Below, one piece after another: positions 60,535 to 64,000 of a stretch of DNA of 64,000 nt (position 1 is the stretch's first letter; the number at the start of each line of letters is the position of its first letter). Location: contig CAWDDT010000004.1 in assembly GCA_963801165.1 (NCBI GenBank), forward strand, positions 416,001-480,000. The letters are read 5' to 3'. The notes under the pieces are model-generated. The model did no database searches, had not been told where the DNA came from, and was given only the letters and a program-made list of their open reading frames with translations. The stretch is from an uncultured bacterium. GTDB lineage: Bacteria; Actinomycetota; Acidimicrobiia; Spongiisociales; UBA5794. Made by a program: the position numbers and the translations under genes.

Positions 60535-61194
60535 TCAGGTTGCTTCCGTGAGCGCCTCAGCGCGGGCAGCGACTGCAGCGCTGGTGAGCTCCTCGATTTG
60601 GGACCACGCCTCATCGACAAGAAGCTGTTTGGGAGCAATCCAACTTCCACCGATTGCAGCTATTCCGGGGACTCGCCAGTAGGACGGTGCTCGCTGAGCA
60701 TTGATGCCGCCCGTAGGTATGAACTCGACGCCCAGGTGCCGATACGGACCGAGGAGAGCCTTGATCATGGATGGGCCGCCCATGGCTTCGGCAGGGAAAT
60801 ACTTGAGCAACTTGCACTCAGCCGAGAGCGCGGTCTCGATATCAGTGGGAGTGGCGACGCCCGGCCAGAACGGCATGCCTGCTTTGGTAGCGGTTGTCAC
60901 AACGGACCGATTGAAGCCGGGGGAAACACCGAATTGCGCACCGGCGGCCACGGCGGCGGTTGCCTGCTCGGGCGTGGTGATGGTTCCGGCTCCGACGAGC
61001 ATCTCCGGCAGATTGCTACGGATGGCTGCGATTGCCTCGGATGCGCCTGCCGTCCTGAAGGTGATCTCGATCACATCGAGCCCGCCGCGAAGCAACGCCC
61101 TGGCGAGAGGGAGCGCGAGGGACGGTGCCGGAAGTGCCACTACTGGCACCAGGCCGGCTCGGCGTATCCGCTGCTCTACTTCATCGTGCGACAC
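60535..61194 (-). CDS. eda: KDPG/KHG aldolase
   Basis: EITFRT, GAGT, VSPG, PGVATPTD, KYFPA, PTGGI. Confidence 0.95.
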   Translation of the reverse strand: MSHDEVEQRIRRAGLVPVVALPAPSLALPLARALLRGGLDVIEITFRTAGASEAIAAIRSNLPEMLVGAGTITTPEQATAAVAAGAQFGVSPGFNRSVVTTATKAGMPFWPGVATPTDIETALSAECKLLKYFPAEAMGGPSMIKALLGPYRHLGVEFIPTGGINAQRAPSYWRVPGIAAIGGSWIAPKQLLVDEAWSQIEELTSAAVAARAEALTEAT

Positions 61195-62278
61195 GCGCTG
61201 CTCCTCCTCTCGCGACACGCTCAACGTCAGCGAGCGTGGCCATGGTTGTGTCACCTGGAGTTGTCATGGCCAGGGCGCCGTGGGCGGCCCCGTATTCCAC
61301 GCAATCCCGTGGAGTCATTCCCTCCTGGAGACCGTATATGAGGCCAGAGCAGAAGCTGTCGCCGCCGCCAACACGATCGTAGATCTCCAGCCCGGGACGG
61401 GGTGTGGCGCGGTGGAACGAGCCTTCTGCCCACAGGACGGCACCCCAGTCATTGTGGGAAGCTGATGGGGCTGCTCGCAGGGTCGTTGCGACGCACCGTA
61501 GATCCGGATAATCCGCTGTGACCCGTTTGATCATTGCCTCGAACGCCGTCGGATCGAGTGCGGCGAGATCCTCATCGACGCCCGTGACTTCATAACCCAG
61601 GGCGGCGGAGAAGTCCTCCTCGTTTCCGATCATGACATCGACATATGGCGCGAGAGTTCGATTCACCTCTTGAGCGCGGGCTTTGCCGCCGTGATCCTCC
61701 CATAGCGAGGCTCGGTAGTTGAGGTCGTACGAGACAACCGTCCCCGTCTCGCGCGCAGCCTGCATCGCCTCCAGGATGACTTCGGCGGTCTGCTCACCGA
61801 GCGCGGCCATGATGCCACCGGTATGCAGCCACCGGGCTCCCTCCTTCTCGAATATCTGGCGCCAGTCGATCTGGCCGGGGCGGAGTTGAGAGGTCGCGCT
61901 GTGGCCTCGATCGGAACAGCCTTTGGCCGCACGCACCCCGAAGCCACGCTCGACGAAGTTGAGTGCGTTGCGAGCGCGCTTTCCGATGCCGTCGAACGGA
62001 ACCCATTGCACGTGCCGCATGTCGACACCGCCTTGGAGAATGAGGTCCTCGAGCAACCTCCCAACTTCGTTGTCGACGATGGCGGTGACGAGGGTGGTGC
62101 GCTTTCCGAAGCAGCGTCGCAGCCCACGACTCACGTTGTATTCCCCGCCGCCTTCCCAAACTCGGAACTGACGTGCGACACACGTGCGAGTGTCACCGGG
62201 GTCGAGGCGGATCATTACCTCGCCGAGGGAAACGCAGTCCCATCTGCATTCTTTCGCCGGTCTGATTGGCAGAGACAT
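61181..62278 (-). CDS. kdgK: 2-keto-3-deoxygluconate kinase (PfkB family)
   Basis: GEVMIRL, GGGEYNV, DLNYR..LW, DRVGGGDSF, TTPGD; adjacent to eda. Confidence 0.88.
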   Translation of the reverse strand: MSLPIRPAKECRWDCVSLGEVMIRLDPGDTRTCVARQFRVWEGGGEYNVSRGLRRCFGKRTTLVTAIVDNEVGRLLEDLILQGGVDMRHVQWVPFDGIGKRARNALNFVERGFGVRAAKGCSDRGHSATSQLRPGQIDWRQIFEKEGARWLHTGGIMAALGEQTAEVILEAMQAARETGTVVSYDLNYRASLWEDHGGKARAQEVNRTLAPYVDVMIGNEEDFSAALGYEVTGVDEDLAALDPTAFEAMIKRVTADYPDLRCVATTLRAAPSASHNDWGAVLWAEGSFHRATPRPGLEIYDRVGGGDSFCSGLIYGLQEGMTPRDCVEYGAAHGALAMTTPGDTTMATLADVERVARGGAARVAR

Positions 62279-62315
62279 GATTCTCCCAGTTGCGGTGGTC
62301 GTGGCCGAGACGAGC

Positions 62316-62909
62316 TCAGTACTCCGAATCCTCGGGCGACCGTTCTTCGGGAATCGCCGAGTAGGCAGGGAACTCCGGGTCGACGGGCTCGGTGATACCG
62401 AGTCCCCGGGTGACCCGGTTGATGTAGTTGAGGTGTGCGCACTGCGAATTCGCATCGAGGATGTCGAGATCGGTGAAGCCCTGGGCGCGCAGGCGTTCGA
62501 TGTCATCTTCCGTTATCGAGCCCGGGCTCCTGGTGAGCTTTGTCGTGTAGCGGACCAGTTCGCGGTCGGCGGGTGACATGTCGAGCTCGTCGGGGTGGCT
62601 GGCGAGCATGATGATCTGGTCGTTGTTGAATCCGGTCTCGCGCAGCTTGATCGTTGCCTGGCTCGCGCAGTAGTCGACGGAGTTCAAGGACGATGTGACG
62701 AAGCTGATCAGATTGCGCTGGTGGGGGGTCAGATTCGAGGGGCACCGCTCGCTGGCGGCGTAGAGATCAAGCCGGGTGCCGGCGAGGCGTGGATAGAGGG
62801 ACCCGAGTAGCGTCGTCTTTGTTGGTTTGCCGAGCGCGCGCGCCTGCCGGTCATAGACTGCCTTGAGCTCGTCGTCGGCATCTTCGTACGGAATCGTCTT
62901 GATCCACAT
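62316..62909 (-). CDS. AhpD/CMD-like peroxidase-related protein
   Basis: MWIKTI, TSSLNSVDYC, KLTRSP, LRAQGF, NYINRV..GLG. Confidence 0.8.
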   Translation of the reverse strand: MWIKTIPYEDADDELKAVYDRQARALGKPTKTTLLGSLYPRLAGTRLDLYAASERCPSNLTPHQRNLISFVTSSLNSVDYCASQATIKLRETGFNNDQIIMLASHPDELDMSPADRELVRYTTKLTRSPGSITEDDIERLRAQGFTDLDILDANSQCAHLNYINRVTRGLGITEPVDPEFPAYSAIPEERSPEDSEY

Positions 62910-63029
62910 CGCATCCTCCGCTCGTCGGTTACCGCGGTCTATCTGAGCATGATGTCCCACTGGCTATCCTACCAGATGTCTGATAAGTTGCGAAGGGACG
63001 CGTGACGCAAAGAGAGGCAGGTCGTTCTG

Positions 63030-63966
63030 ATGACATTCCCGTGGGGGATCTGGTTCGAGCCGACGCAGCCGGTGCGGCGCATACTGGAATTGGCCCGCCT
63101 GGCGGAGGCCGAAGGAGCGTCCATATGCCTCGTCGCTGACGAGGGTACGACACGTGACGTCTATGTGACCATGACCGCGATCCTCATGGGGACAGAGCAA
63201 CTGACCGTCGGTCCCGGCATCACGAACCCGTTTTCTCGGCACCCGATTGCCACTGCCGCGGCGATCGCGACCCTTGCCGAGATGTTCCCGGGTCGCGTCT
63301 GGCACGGCCTTGGAGTGGGGGGTAGCCGGGTCATGGAGCCTTTGGAGCTCAGTCCTGAGAAGCCGTACACAGCGTTGCGAGACGCGGTGGACGTCAATGT
63401 TCGTCTCCTCGCCGGAGAGGCGGTCGGACCGGCCCGGCTCGACTGGTTCAAGGGGTCCGTACCGCTGGCGCTGGCCGGCCGGGGCAAGCGGACGCAAGCT
63501 CTAGCGGCAGAGCGGGGCGACTGGGTGATCCTCACCGCCAAACCCCTCGCCGAACTGCCTCGAGAGGCTCAGCGCATCCGTGCCGCGGGAAATGCAAAGA
63601 TCGCCTGGTCGGCCTACATGGCCTTCTCGGAGGAGGAGCGCAGCCTGGTTCTCGCGCATTTCTCCTACATGGCCGTCGATGCGCCTCCCGACATTCGCGC
63701 CGCCGCTGGTCTCGATGATGTGCGCCTGCAAGAAGGTTCGCTCCGCGATGCTTGCGGGTGACTTCGAGTCGGCGATCCGCCTGCTGCCGCTGGCACTCGT
63801 GGATGCCTACGCCTTGGCAGGGTCGCCAGAAGAATGCGCGGTCAAGATTCGTGCCTTGCGCGGATCATTCGATTTGTTCATGCTGCCGATCCCTCATGAC
63901 GCCACCGCGGAGGAGCACATCGCGACCACGGCCCAAGTCCTCCGCGCGGCAGCGGTAGACCCGTAA
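63030..63966 (+). CDS. LLM-class (Mer-like) oxidoreductase (frameshift ~63730)
   Basis: VADE, GPGITNPFSRHP, GLGVGG; C-terminal ALAGSPEEC is in another frame. Confidence 0.82.
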
Positions 63967-64000
63967 TGAGATCGCCCGAATCGTCGTCTCGCACCTGCTG

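Overview
This is a GC-rich actinobacterial window, probably Acidimicrobiia-like (inferred from gene content). Several single-base frameshifts in otherwise intact genes may be assembly errors. From left to right: (1) the right end of an integrative element in tRNA-Thr(UGU) carrying an ECF sigma/anti-sigma pair, then two TA modules and an IS256 relic; (2) a ~15 kb GntR-associated catabolic cluster (BMP-type ABC importer, ComDE-like TPP decarboxylase, XDH-family molybdoenzyme, CobW GTPase, amidohydrolase, UbiX/UbiD); (3) a small module with a degenerate hybrid kinase, an HExxH protein and an FlbD-like protein behind duplicated sigma28-like leaders; (4) housekeeping and transport genes at 23.5-46.5 kb; (5) a tRNA-Arg(CCU) integration hotspot with relic islands on its 3' side and an apparently intact 6.3 kb integrative mobilizable element (Int, Xis, MOBF relaxase, second ECF/anti-sigma cassette) that restores the tRNA 5' half; (6) an AhpD-like/kdgK/eda operon ending in a hidden UGA-recoded PrdB/GrdB-like selenoprotein with a SECIS-like hairpin. 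The strongest candidate new system is a family of small tRNA-anticodon-targeting elements that carry autoregulated ECF sigma modules with swapped extracytoplasmic sensor domains.
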